Assembly: GCA_965198225.1 (NCBI GenBank)
Contig: CBDAOY010000006.1
Coordinates: 32,001-96,000 of the forward strand
Length of the DNA stretch: 64,000 nt
Reading direction: 5' to 3'
From: Terriglobia bacterium
Lineage (GTDB): Bacteria > Acidobacteriota > Terriglobia > 20CM-2-55-15
The stretch's first letter is position 1, and every line of letters begins with the position of its first letter. A program made the position numbers and the translations under genes. Shown here piece after piece: positions 20,634-30,333 of this stretch. The notes beneath the pieces are model-generated. The model saw nothing but the letters and a program-made list of their open reading frames with translations, was not told the origin of the DNA and ran no database searches.

Positions 20634-21545
20634 TCACGCCGGCGTGAGTTCAGGACCGTTGTTCGACACACAAATGCACTCTCCCTGGGCCAACGGAACT
20701 TGACCGAGTCCGTTGCCGGCCAGGAACCGCGCGTGGAGCTCGTCATGTGAGATCAATTCATCGAGGTGGAAACCGCATTCGGCCAGGGACTCCATTAGTG
20801 CGTGTCGGGAAGAGCCCCAGAGGAAAGGTTCCTTCTTGAGTCGAAGCCACGCATCCACCGCCCTGCTCGAGTTGTGAAAACGCATCCGGCCGTCTCGATC
20901 CAGTTCCATGAAAGTGAACACGCACCGCACCGTCGGGAACTTTTCGGTCATGGAACCGAGAATCGCTTTGACCCGAGTTTCGTCCATGTACATGAATAGT
21001 CCTTCGGCAACAAACAGTGTCGGTTCGTCCTCGACCGTAAGCCCGGAAGCAGTGAGGACGTCCAGGGATTCGGTTGAAAGGTCGACACCAACAAAGCGAA
21101 CATCCTTGCCACGATCTCGGGACCTTAGAGATTGCTTCTTCAGACGTTGGGTTGCGGGGTGATCCAACTCGATACATTTGACATCGGGAAACTCGACCGA
21201 CGTTCGCAGGGCGAGGGTGTCGAACCCGGCGCCGAGGACGACGATTTGCGAGAAACCTTCCGCGATCGACTCTCGGACAATGTCGTCGATGGCGTGTTTG
21301 CGTAACGCGTAGTGGAGCTGGATGCCGGGCAACGTGAGGCTTTCGAGGAGCGTGAGCAGATAGCGAAGTGGCTTGCGTCGACACATTCGGCGAAAGAGGC
21401 CCGCCCGCCGCATATGGTCTTCGACAAACCACCGGCTGGCGTTCGCTGACAGAGGAGGCACGAACCTTCCCAGCTCCGGGTCGAGCGACAGGAAGTAGGT
21501 GCTCTGGGCAATCAGCAGCGCGGTCGAACTGGATTCGTTTGTCAT
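20634..21545 (-). CDS. SAM-dependent methyltransferase (leucine carboxyl methyltransferase/YktD-like)
   Basis: QIVVLGAGFDTLALR, ELDHPATQ, FVAEGLFMY motifs. Confidence 0.85.
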   Translation of the reverse strand: MTNESSSTALLIAQSTYFLSLDPELGRFVPPLSANASRWFVEDHMRRAGLFRRMCRRKPLRYLLTLLESLTLPGIQLHYALRKHAIDDIVRESIAEGFSQIVVLGAGFDTLALRTSVEFPDVKCIELDHPATQRLKKQSLRSRDRGKDVRFVGVDLSTESLDVLTASGLTVEDEPTLFVAEGLFMYMDETRVKAILGSMTEKFPTVRCVFTFMELDRDGRMRFHNSSRAVDAWLRLKKEPFLWGSSRHALMESLAECGFHLDELISHDELHARFLAGNGLGQVPLAQGECICVSNNGPELTPA

Positions 21546-21561
21546 CGTTCGTCTTCGAAAG

Positions 21562-22971
21562 TTATCGTCCCTCTTCGAACATCCGTTGGTGATGGGCGTA
21601 CCAATCGCTCTGGAACCTGTCATCGGGATCGTGACGCGCCTTCAGGTTGAGAAACTCCCGAAACTGCGGATAGCAGCGCTCGACTTGATCGCGCCGCGCA
21701 TACTTGTGATAGGTCAGGTAGTAGCTCCCGCCCCGAACTGCCGCCAGGTCGATCAAACTCCGAAACGCACCTGCCGAGCGTTGTATTCCTTCGCTCGTAT
21801 GGGTGGTGTGCAAGTTGAAAATGACGCAGGCGTAGGATTGTTTCGCCCATGCCAGGTAGCTCTCATCGTCGCGCTCGATCAGCCGGATGGTTCCGTAGAT
21901 CAGATCCACGTTTCCGTCGCGAAACCCCCTCCGTACCTCGCCGAGGAACGCGGAGAGCTCCCGCCGCGGTACGTAGACTTCCGTGATGATCTCGGTAGCT
22001 GGGTGGACCGCCTGAACCCGTGAATCGAGCGACCGATGATAGTCGTCGACATAGACGCTCAACTGATGAGTGTCCGACCAGTACACCTGCCCGGAGGTCG
22101 CCAGGTAGAAGTCCGCATAGCGGCGAAACGCCTCCTCCTTGTCGGTGTGGGCGAGATAGACAAGATTCCGCCAGTCCGCTTCCGACAGGGCCATTCGGTC
22201 CTCGGGCACTTCGGTCATGGGATGCACGGGTTCGTAGCAGGAAAAGATGCCCTTCCGGAGGAAGTCCTCGGAATCCGGATTGATCGCGAACTGGAAGTCC
22301 CCGTAGAGGAACCCGTCGTCGATGCGCTCTTCGAAACGTTCGATCAGGGTTTCGACATCGATCACCTGAACGACACGTCGCAGCTTGCGGCGGGGCGCCA
22401 GGCGCAGCGTGACCGAGTAGACGATGCCGAACAAACCGTAGCCGCCGATCACCAGGCGAAAGAGGTCGTTATTCTCCCGTCGGCTGCATGAACGTATCTG
22501 TCCCGCGGAATCGACGATCGTAAAAGACTCCACGTCCTGGATGATTGGTCTGAGCGCCAGTCCCCGGCCGTGGACGTTCGCCGCTATCGCTCCTCCGAGA
22601 CTCAGGCGATCCGCTCCGGTCTGTTTCTGGACGATGCCCCATTGTTGGGATTCACCTTCCTGAATTCTGAGCAGGTAGGAGATCAACTCGGGCCACTGGA
22701 TGCCGGCCTCGCACTCGACCAATCCTCTTTGCGCATCGAAGCTCAGGACGCGGCTCAAACGCGACGTGTCGATGAGCGTCGCGTTCTGCCGGTACTGCTG
22801 GCCTCCCATGGCGTGTCGGCCTCCGGCGACGCAAATCGCGCTTCCGCTGTTTCGAGCGTGTCGGATGACGTCCAGTATCGATTCGACCGTCTCGACCTGC
22901 TCGATGCCGCGGACTTCGGCCGGGTTGAGCCGCGAGTGGATGTCGTTTACCAGATGGCCGATTGCTTTCAA
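21562..22971 (-). CDS. FAD-binding (VAO/PCMH-type) oxidoreductase
   Basis: AGGRHAMGGQ, SLGGAIAANVHGRG, LFRLVIGGYGLFG, DPDDRFQSDW; TTG start next to the dctQM stop is inferred. Confidence 0.85.
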   Translation of the reverse strand: MKAIGHLVNDIHSRLNPAEVRGIEQVETVESILDVIRHARNSGSAICVAGGRHAMGGQQYRQNATLIDTSRLSRVLSFDAQRGLVECEAGIQWPELISYLLRIQEGESQQWGIVQKQTGADRLSLGGAIAANVHGRGLALRPIIQDVESFTIVDSAGQIRSCSRRENNDLFRLVIGGYGLFGIVYSVTLRLAPRRKLRRVVQVIDVETLIERFEERIDDGFLYGDFQFAINPDSEDFLRKGIFSCYEPVHPMTEVPEDRMALSEADWRNLVYLAHTDKEEAFRRYADFYLATSGQVYWSDTHQLSVYVDDYHRSLDSRVQAVHPATEIITEVYVPRRELSAFLGEVRRGFRDGNVDLIYGTIRLIERDDESYLAWAKQSYACVIFNLHTTHTSEGIQRSAGAFRSLIDLAAVRGGSYYLTYHKYARRDQVERCYPQFREFLNLKARHDPDDRFQSDWYAHHQRMFEEGR

Positions 22972-22976
22972 TGTGT

Positions 22977-24785
22977 TCAATCTCCAAGGAAATTCACGAG
23001 CCCCAGCGTCAGACTCGGGACGTATGTAATGATCAGCACCGCCACGATGAGTATCGCGACATAGGGCAGCGTCGAACGGTAGATCCGTCCGAGCGGCTGT
23101 TCGAAGCGCATCGACGAGAGGAACAGGTTCTCTCCCATCGGCGGCATTAAGTAGCCGAGTTCCATGTTGGCGAGGAAGATGATCCCCAGATGGATGGGGT
23201 CGATCCCGTAGGCCAGACCCATCGGCACGATCAGAGGCACAACGACGAAGATCGCCGAATAGATATCCATCAGCGCTCCGACGATCACCAGGAAGATGTT
23301 CAACACCAGGAGGAACACGAGCGGCGAGCTGATCTGCGCCTGCACCCATTCCAGCGCGCGAGTGGGTATCTCGGCGTCGATCAGGTAGTTGTTGAAGCCG
23401 AGTGCGACGCCCAGGATGATGAAGAAACCGCCGACCAGTGTCGCGCACTCCACGGCGATCCGCCCCAGGTCACGCCGAAACCCGAGGTCCCGGTAGATGA
23501 AACATTCCACCGTAAGCGCGTAGAGCACCGTCAATGCCGAGGTCTCGACCAGCGTCGCGAAGCCGCCGAAGATCGCGACGAGGACGACGACAGGAAGGAA
23601 GAGTTCCCATTTGGATTCCCAGACCGCCTTCACGGCTTCGCCGGCACGGAACGGCGTTCGTTCGGCTCCGGCCCACCAACCCCGGCCCGCGCCCCAGCCG
23701 GCGACCATGAGGATCAAGAGCATGCCCGGCGCCAGGCCGCCGATGAACAACTTGTCGATGCGAACGTTGGCGTAGATCCCGTAGAGGATGACCGGCAGGC
23801 TGGGCGGCAGGAGCAGTCCGATAGATCCGGAGACCGTCACCAGACCGACGGAAGTGTCTTCGGGATAACGCGCCTTGGTCATCACCGGCAGCAGCAGTCC
23901 ACCCATTGAAAGGATGGTCACTCCGGATGCACCGGTCAGTGGGGTGAAGAAGGCCAGGATCAGCGTCGTCACGATCGCCAGGCCGCCGGGCATCCAGCCG
24001 AACAGAGCAGTAAAGGCCCGAAGCAGCCGCCGGCTCGCTCCACCCTCGGCGAGGATGTACCCGCCGAGAGTGAAGAGAGGGACCGCCGGCAGATACGCCG
24101 AAGCGCTCAGCCGGTAGCTTTCGCCAGGGACGGCGGAAACTGGAACGCCTTCGTTCCAGAACAGCAATAGAGCGGCGCCGCCCAGGGCCGCGAAGATCGG
24201 CAGACCCAGGGCGGTTGCCACGAGGATGATCAGGATGGCCGGAAGAACGAGACCGCTTCCCTGCAGAGAAGGGCTCAACCCGAAGACGAGGGGAACGAGC
24301 ATCCCGCCGGCGGCGAGCAGACGTCCCCTCCAGCCCTCGGATGCATGCCATATCAGCCGACCCGCGACCAGGGCGAAACCGACCGGCATGACCGTGATCG
24401 CGACCCAGACGGGGATTCCCAGTGCCACCTGGTCACCGAATTCCCGTTCGACCCGCACCATGTCGGCACTCGCGACCAGGAGCCATGCAGCAACTCCCGT
24501 TCCGACTGCGGAAGTAAAAACGCGCACCGGTCCCGACCATCGCGCGGGCAGGAAATCGGCGGTGGACAACGCCAGCAACGTGTTGGAACGCGCTGCCAGG
24601 GCCGCCCCCAGGAAGGCGATCCAGAGCGTCAGGTGCTGGACGAGTGGGATCGAACCGGGAATGCCGCGCCCGATCACCTGGCGGCCAGCGATCTCCAGCA
24701 GTGGAAGCAGGGACATCGCAGCCAGGACGGTGATCGAGAACGCATTCTCGAACGGTTCGAGTTTTCGCCACGTCGCAGCAGTCAT
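22977..24785 (-). CDS. dctM: TRAP transporter fused small/large permease (DctQ-DctM)
   Basis: 602 aa polytopic protein; AVPLFTLGG, SIGLLLPPSLP, GIDPIHLGII, PPMGENLF. Confidence 0.9.
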   Translation of the reverse strand: MTAATWRKLEPFENAFSITVLAAMSLLPLLEIAGRQVIGRGIPGSIPLVQHLTLWIAFLGAALAARSNTLLALSTADFLPARWSGPVRVFTSAVGTGVAAWLLVASADMVRVEREFGDQVALGIPVWVAITVMPVGFALVAGRLIWHASEGWRGRLLAAGGMLVPLVFGLSPSLQGSGLVLPAILIILVATALGLPIFAALGGAALLLFWNEGVPVSAVPGESYRLSASAYLPAVPLFTLGGYILAEGGASRRLLRAFTALFGWMPGGLAIVTTLILAFFTPLTGASGVTILSMGGLLLPVMTKARYPEDTSVGLVTVSGSIGLLLPPSLPVILYGIYANVRIDKLFIGGLAPGMLLILMVAGWGAGRGWWAGAERTPFRAGEAVKAVWESKWELFLPVVVLVAIFGGFATLVETSALTVLYALTVECFIYRDLGFRRDLGRIAVECATLVGGFFIILGVALGFNNYLIDAEIPTRALEWVQAQISSPLVFLLVLNIFLVIVGALMDIYSAIFVVVPLIVPMGLAYGIDPIHLGIIFLANMELGYLMPPMGENLFLSSMRFEQPLGRIYRSTLPYVAILIVAVLIITYVPSLTLGLVNFLGD

Positions 24786-24801
24786 CTTTGCCTCTCGGGA
24801 G

Positions 24802-25251
24802 GTGTAGGTGCGGTCTATGACCGCACGTTGTTCCGGCTCGAAGGGTGTGCGCTCATAGAGCGCCCCTACACCCGATCTCGAGGTTTCCTCAGGCCGGTGT
24901 AGGTGCGGTCTATGACCGCACGTCGTTCCGGCTCGAGGGATGTGCGCTCACAGAGCGCCCCTACACCCGATCACGAGGTTTCCTCAGGCCGGTGTAGGTG
25001 CGGTCTATGACCGCAAGTTGTTCCGGCTCGAAGGGTGTGCGCTCACAGAGCGCCCCTACACCCGATCACGAGGTTTCCTCAGGCCGGTGTAGGTGCGGTC
25101 TATGACCGCACATTGTTCCGGCTCGAGGGATGTGCGCTCATAGAGCGCCCCTACATCCGATCACGAGGTTTCCTCAGGCCGGTGTAGGTGCGGTCTATGA
25201 CCGCACGTTGTCCCGGTTCGAGGGGTGTGGGCTCATAGAACGCCCCTACAC
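24802..25251. repeat. Tandem array of five REPINs, 95-bp period (BIME-like)
   Basis: Unit starts at 24802, 24897, 24992, 25087, 25182; near-identical spacers and linkers. Confidence 0.95.
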
Positions 25252-25261
25252 CCGGGCCCGG

Positions 25262-26317
25262 CTACGGTTCGTTTTTTGATCCACCGGCGCCGTCGGTCGA
25301 TTTCTGCTTGCTTCGGTATTCGTCGCGCAGGCGGAGGACTTCGTCGAAGAGTTCCGCGGGAACAAGTCGACCCCTGAGCTTGGGATAAGCGGCTTCCGCC
25401 TCCGCACGCCACTCGTTGCGGGCCGCTTCGTCGAGCTCAGTCACCTTGAGGCCGTACATCTGCATTGCAACGACTGACTCGTCACCGAGCCGACGGATGT
25501 CTTCGCGCAGCTTCTCGCCCGCCTTGCGTGCCGAGGCGAGAAGTTTCGGCCTCAAGGCCGCGGGGATCCGCTCCCAGGCGTCCTTGTGGACTATGGTTGC
25601 GCCGACGAGGGCGGCCCATTTGACGTCGATCATGTTTTTCGCGAATGGAAACGACTGGTTAGACAGAGCAAACAGCGGCGGCACGTCGAAGGCGTCGATC
25701 AAACCTGTTTGAAGAGCCGCAACCATGTCGGTGACAGGCATCGGGACCGGATGGAACCCGAATTCCCGGTAAAGCTTCTCGGTCTCGGGGTCGCCCGCCG
25801 AGATGAAGAGTTTCATCTTCCGGATGTCGTCGAGCGTCCGGGCCGGCTTCTCCGTGAAGAAGTGAACCCATCCGACGTCGCCCCAGTTCAGGACCGTGAA
25901 ACCCTTGTCTTCGAGCTTGGCTTCGAGCTTCGGCGCCATGCGTTCCCGCACGTAATCCAGCTCCGCGTACGAAGAGATCATCATCGGCACCTGCAGGCAG
26001 GACACACCGGGTTCGGCATGGGACAGGCCGGCTCCGGAAAGTGCGACCGCCTGCAACTGGCCCAGGCGCACCTTTCGAAGCATGGCGACTTCGTCTCCCA
26101 TGTTCCCGCCGGGGTAGATCGTGACTTTCACCGTTCCGCCGGAGATCTCTTTCCAGTCCTGGGCCATTTCCTGCAGGACCTGGTGCCAGAGCGTGTCCTT
26201 CGGCGCTACAGTTCCCAGCTTGATCTTGACGACACTCTGGGAGTAGGCGGGTGGAGCGATCCCCAGCAGGATCAAACCGAGAATCAACCCCCCGAGAATT
26301 GTCGATGTCTTCTTCAC
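25262..26317 (-). CDS. dctP: TRAP substrate-binding protein DctP (TatP-type)
   Basis: Signal peptide; IKLGTVAP, IYPGGNMGDE, ALQTGLIDA. Confidence 0.9.
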   Translation of the reverse strand: MKKTSTILGGLILGLILLGIAPPAYSQSVVKIKLGTVAPKDTLWHQVLQEMAQDWKEISGGTVKVTIYPGGNMGDEVAMLRKVRLGQLQAVALSGAGLSHAEPGVSCLQVPMMISSYAELDYVRERMAPKLEAKLEDKGFTVLNWGDVGWVHFFTEKPARTLDDIRKMKLFISAGDPETEKLYREFGFHPVPMPVTDMVAALQTGLIDAFDVPPLFALSNQSFPFAKNMIDVKWAALVGATIVHKDAWERIPAALRPKLLASARKAGEKLREDIRRLGDESVVAMQMYGLKVTELDEAARNEWRAEAEAAYPKLRGRLVPAELFDEVLRLRDEYRSKQKSTDGAGGSKNEP

Positions 26318-27258
26318 GACACACCTCCTTCTGTCGATTGAGCTTCCGTTTCGAGAATCAGGTCCTCGATGTGAGCCAGCAAGTACCTGGCCCGTTCTTG
26401 AGCGATCAGGTTCGCCAGCCGGATTCGCTCCGTCTCATCCGGGTCGATGGCCAGCGCCCGGTCCAGCATTGCGCGGAACTGTTTGCTGTCCTGTTTGGGA
26501 ACGCACACCGCTTCGGCGTAGGCCACATAGAGGGCGGCATGCGTCCCGTCCGACAGATCGAGCGCGCGCTCGAAGTGTCTTCGGATTTTTTCGTAGTCCA
26601 CGGCTCCCGGTCTCGCGCTGGCGAAGACGACCTGAAACTCGTGAAGAAGGCCGTCCTGCCAGCCTTCATCCAGTTGAATGGCGCGATCCAGGAGCGCCTC
26701 CACCTCCGGCAGCCGCGCAAGCATTGACGCGTCGTTCCGTCCGACAGAGATCGCCGAGCCCAGAGCCGCAGCGGTCCAGTAGATGAGGGGGAGGTCCTTC
26801 TTCTCCAGCACTGCCACCGCCGTCTCGGGTGCAGTCCGGAGTGGCTCGGCGATACCGGGATGGGACACCTCCAGGCCACGCAGGCCATACCGGTGGGCTC
26901 TGAGGTAGAGCCTGCGGGCCCGGAGGCGGATCTGTCGGGCCGCGTCGAGATCCTCGTCGGCGATCAAGTCAGCGTCACGCTGGACGAAGACGTAGGCATA
27001 GGTCGTGAACCCCTGGGCCGCGGCCGTCAGCAACCCCTTGTGTTCGGGAGACTCAGCCAGGAGGCTTTCGATGAGTTTCAAACCAAAAGGCAGCGCTTCA
27101 CCCACGAGTTGGATGTCGTCGTCGCTTTCATACGTCGACCCCCCTTCGGCCAGCGCGTCGCCAATCTTGTTGATGGCGTAACGGCGGATCGAACATCCCG
27201 TGGTCGATAAGGCCAGCAGCAAAACCAACGGCAGCAAGAGCGTTTGTTTTCGAACCAT
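26314..27258 (-). CDS. tatT: TRAP-associated TPR lipoprotein TatT
   Basis: Lipobox TTGC; DDDIQLVGEALPFGLKLIESLL...ARRLYLRA; directly upstream of dctP. Confidence 0.85.
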   Translation of the reverse strand: MVRKQTLLLPLVLLLALSTTGCSIRRYAINKIGDALAEGGSTYESDDDIQLVGEALPFGLKLIESLLAESPEHKGLLTAAAQGFTTYAYVFVQRDADLIADEDLDAARQIRLRARRLYLRAHRYGLRGLEVSHPGIAEPLRTAPETAVAVLEKKDLPLIYWTAAALGSAISVGRNDASMLARLPEVEALLDRAIQLDEGWQDGLLHEFQVVFASARPGAVDYEKIRRHFERALDLSDGTHAALYVAYAEAVCVPKQDSKQFRAMLDRALAIDPDETERIRLANLIAQERARYLLAHIEDLILETEAQSTEGGVS

Positions 27259-27296
27259 CCTGCACCTCGTCCTTATCTTGATGTTTGAAAGGGTTG

Positions 27297-27393
27297 TGGC
27301 AAGCGCGTCGCTTGAGATAAAAAGTCTTGCCAGTCATCCGGCAGCGCGGGGACGGATCACGTAAGACATTGATTAGACTTGAGATAAAAAGTC
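27297..27393. promoter_or_regulatory. Divergent control region: 16-bp direct repeat, IHF consensus, weak sigma54 -24/-12
   Basis: CTTGAGATAAAAAGTC at 27311 and 27378; AATCAATGTCTTA (minus, 27362-27374); TGGCAA-N5-TCGCT (plus, 27297). Confidence 0.5.
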
Positions 27394-28084
27394 GTCGGGA
27401 GGGTGTGTGAGCTCGGGCGCGAGCCGCCCGGCTTCGAGCAATCTATCCGATTGGATAGTCCGGCTAACGGTTCGTGTACTATGTCGTCTGCAAAACAGGC
27501 GCCAACCCCCGGTGCCAGGGCTTTCGTTATGACACCCAAACTCGTCGCAGTTGCCGGCTTGCTGAAAGGTCAGGAGTTCCGTCTAGGAAGCTCTCTGACG
27601 ATCGGGCGAGACGCCTCTAACGGACTGGCGATCGCCGATCCTTTACTCTCTCAACGACATTGCACGATCGAGGGCGACGGGGACGGGTTCCGGATCAAAG
27701 ATTCGGGGAGCCTGAACGGCACCTTCGTCAATGGAAACCGCGTCGAAGAATCCCGGCTGGAACAAGGCGATCGAATCAAGGCAGGCGGCACCCACCTGAT
27801 CCTTCTCGCCCACGATGATGATTCCAGCGCCCGGATCGAGATCGAAGAAGTGGATCTGACAGGTCAGGAAACGATCCAGGTTCAGTATGGCGAGACCCGC
27901 TATCAGCAAAGCGATCGGCCGCCCAGCGAGCTTGCTCCGATTGCCCGAGTCGCGTCCGATCTCGACACGCTGCTTCGGGTGGGCAGCTCGATCAACTCGG
28001 TTCGTAACCCCGAAGCCCTCCAGCGGGTGCTGCTGGAGCTTGTGTTTGAATCCATACCGGCCGAGAGCGGCGCAATCCTTCTAG

Positions 28085-28896
28085 GGCGTGTTAACACTAA
28101 TGAGCATGAATGTTTTATAATCACGCATGGAGATCACACAGGAGCAGTATTGTCGCATCGAGCCGGAACTGCCGCGTCAGCGGGGCAACGTCAGTCTTTC
28201 GAACCTGACGGTCTTGAACGCCATTTTGTATGTGGCTGAGCAGGGCTGCAAGTGGCGCGGTCTGCCCAAGCGCTTTGGCAACTGGCACACCATCTACACC
28301 CGGATGAACCGCTGGTCCAAGAACGGCGTGCTCGACGCCGTCTTCGAGAAACTCCAGCGCGAGCAACTGGTCCGCATCCGGGTCGAAGCCGTTTCGATGG
28401 ACTCAACCATTGTGAAGGTGCATCCCGACGGCACGGGAGCGTTAAAAAAAACGGTCCGCAAGCGATCGGCAAATCCCGCGGCGGATGGACCACCAAGATT
28501 CATCTGGTTGCCGCGAATGCTCGAACGGCGATAACGTTTGCGCTCTCGCCCGGCCAAGCGCACGACGCCCCGCAGGGCCGCGATCTGCTCGCCGGCCTGG
28601 GGCCATTGCCCGCGCCGCTGCCGCTGCTGATGGACCGTGCCTACCAGGACGACCAGACCCGCCAATTGGCTCTGGATTTTGGGTGGATTCCCGTCGTGCC
28701 GCCCAAGCGCAACCGCCTGGAGCCGTGGGAATACGACCGCGTGCTCTACCGCCGCAGGAACGAAGTCGAGAGGCTCTTCCGCCGACTCAAGGGTTTCCGG
28801 CGTATCTTCTCCCGTTTCGATAAACTCGACGTCATGTTCCTCGCCTTCCTTCACTTCGCGCTCATCGTCGAGGCACTACGTTAGTGTTAACACGCC
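28085..28896 (+). mobile_element. IS5-family insertion sequence (IS427-like two-ORF type), 812 bp
   Basis: Perfect 16-bp TIR GGCGTGTTAACACTAA; CTAG duplicated at 28081 and 28897. Confidence 0.95.
28127..28884 (+). CDS. IS5 transposase (OrfA 28127-28534 plus OrfB to 28884; predicted -1 frameshift at A8, 28444-28451)
   Basis: GCKWRGLPKRFGNWHTIYTR, IGKSRGGWTTKIH, YRRRNEVERLFRRLKGFRRIFSRFDK. Confidence 0.9.
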
Positions 28897-30250
28897 CTAG
28901 TCGGGCAGGGCACCGACGATTTCGTTTCGCGCGTCCTGAAGGAAAAGAAGAGCGATGAAGATCCCTTCCGATACAGCCGAACTCTCGTCGATCAGGTCCT
29001 GAGGGACGGCGTCGCTGTCTTGAGTAACACCATCGGTGTCGACGATGCCGTGGATTCCAGCGAGAGCCTGATCGCTTCGAGAGCGACGTCCGTGCTGTGC
29101 GTCCCGCTGATCGACTTCGGCAGGAAGCTTGGTGTGATTTATCTCGTCAGCACCCATGCCGCGACGCGGTTCGACGAAGACCATCTCCATCTGTTGACCG
29201 GCATTGCAGGCGTCGCCGCCGTCGCGCTCGAACACGCCAGACACGTCGACTGGCTGGAGAGTGAGAACCAGCGGCTCAGGGACGAGATCGGCATCGACCA
29301 CGACATGATCGGTGACGCCGAGCGGATGCATGAGGTTTACGAGTTCATCCGGAAGGTCGCGCCCAGCGACGCGACGGTCCTGATATGCGGCGAGAGCGGC
29401 ACGGGCAAGGAGTTGGTCGCCAGAGCCGTGCATTCCAACAGCGACCGGGCGGACAAACCGTTCGTCGCGATCAACTGCGGCGCCCTGGTCGAGGGAGTCG
29501 TCGAGAGCGAGCTGTTCGGACACGAGCCGGGGGCCTTCACCGACGCCCGAAAGCTCAAGAAAGGGAAGATCGAGGTCGCTGACGGCGGCACGCTGTTTCT
29601 CGACGAGATCGGTGAGCTCAGTCCGAAGGTTCAGACGAGGTTGCTGCGCGTGCTCCAGGAACGGGAGTTCGAACGGGTCGGCGGCACACGGCCGATCGGC
29701 GTCGACGTGCGCGTCGTCGCCGCGACGAACCGCGACCTGGAGGAAGGTATCAAATCGGGAACCTTCCGGCAGGACCTCTACTTCAGGGTCAACGTTGTCA
29801 CGCAGAGGCTACCTGCGCTGCGGGAGCACCGGGAGGACATACCGGCGCTTGCTCGCCATTTCGTCTCGAAGCACGGGCGGAAGTCGGGAGCCGAGGTTCC
29901 CCGCATCTCGGTCGAGGCCGAGCAGTTGCTCTCCCGCTATGACTGGCCGGGAAACATCCGGGAGCTGGAGAACGCCATCGAGGGAGCGGTCGTCATGCGG
30001 CAGGGCGAATGGATCCTTCCCGAAGACCTTCCTGAGGCCGTCATCGAACAAAGCGTCGGGCTCGATGCGGAAGCGAACGGGTACCACGAGCAGATCGTGA
30101 CACTCAAGAGGGAGCTCATTATCAACGCCGTCCGGAAGGCGACCGGCAACATCACCGCGGCAGCCGAGGCCCTGGGACTCCACCCGAACTACCTGCACCG
30201 GCTCATCCGGAACCTGGATTTGAGATCGGAGATAAAGAAAAGTCAGTAAC

Positions 30251-30320
30251 GTGTAGGTGCGGTCTATGACCGCACGTTGTTCCAGATCGTGGGATGTGCG
30301 CTCATAGAGCGCCCCTACAC
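30251..30320. repeat. REPIN between convergent genes
   Basis: Both arms present. Confidence 0.9.
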
Positions 30321-30333
30321 TCAAGCGCTGTTC

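Larger units (their letters stand above)
27529..30249 (+). pseudogene. FHA-GAF-sigma54 enhancer-binding protein interrupted by an IS5 element
   Basis: FHA (IGR...SQRH...SLNGTFVNG), GAF-like segment, [25 protein letters not shown]; removing the IS plus one CTAG restores one frame (AILL-VGQG). Confidence 0.92.

Noticed and set aside
21562-23448. 628-aa oxidoreductase as given in the ORF track
   Set aside because: The first ~160 codons overlap dctQM in another frame; real start is near 22971
24802-25251. CRISPR array
   Set aside because: Intervening sequences are near-identical rather than unique, units are the dispersed REP doublet, and no cas genes are present
29020-30249. Stand-alone 409-aa sigma54 regulator
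   Set aside because: It is the 3' half of the IS-split gene starting at 27529
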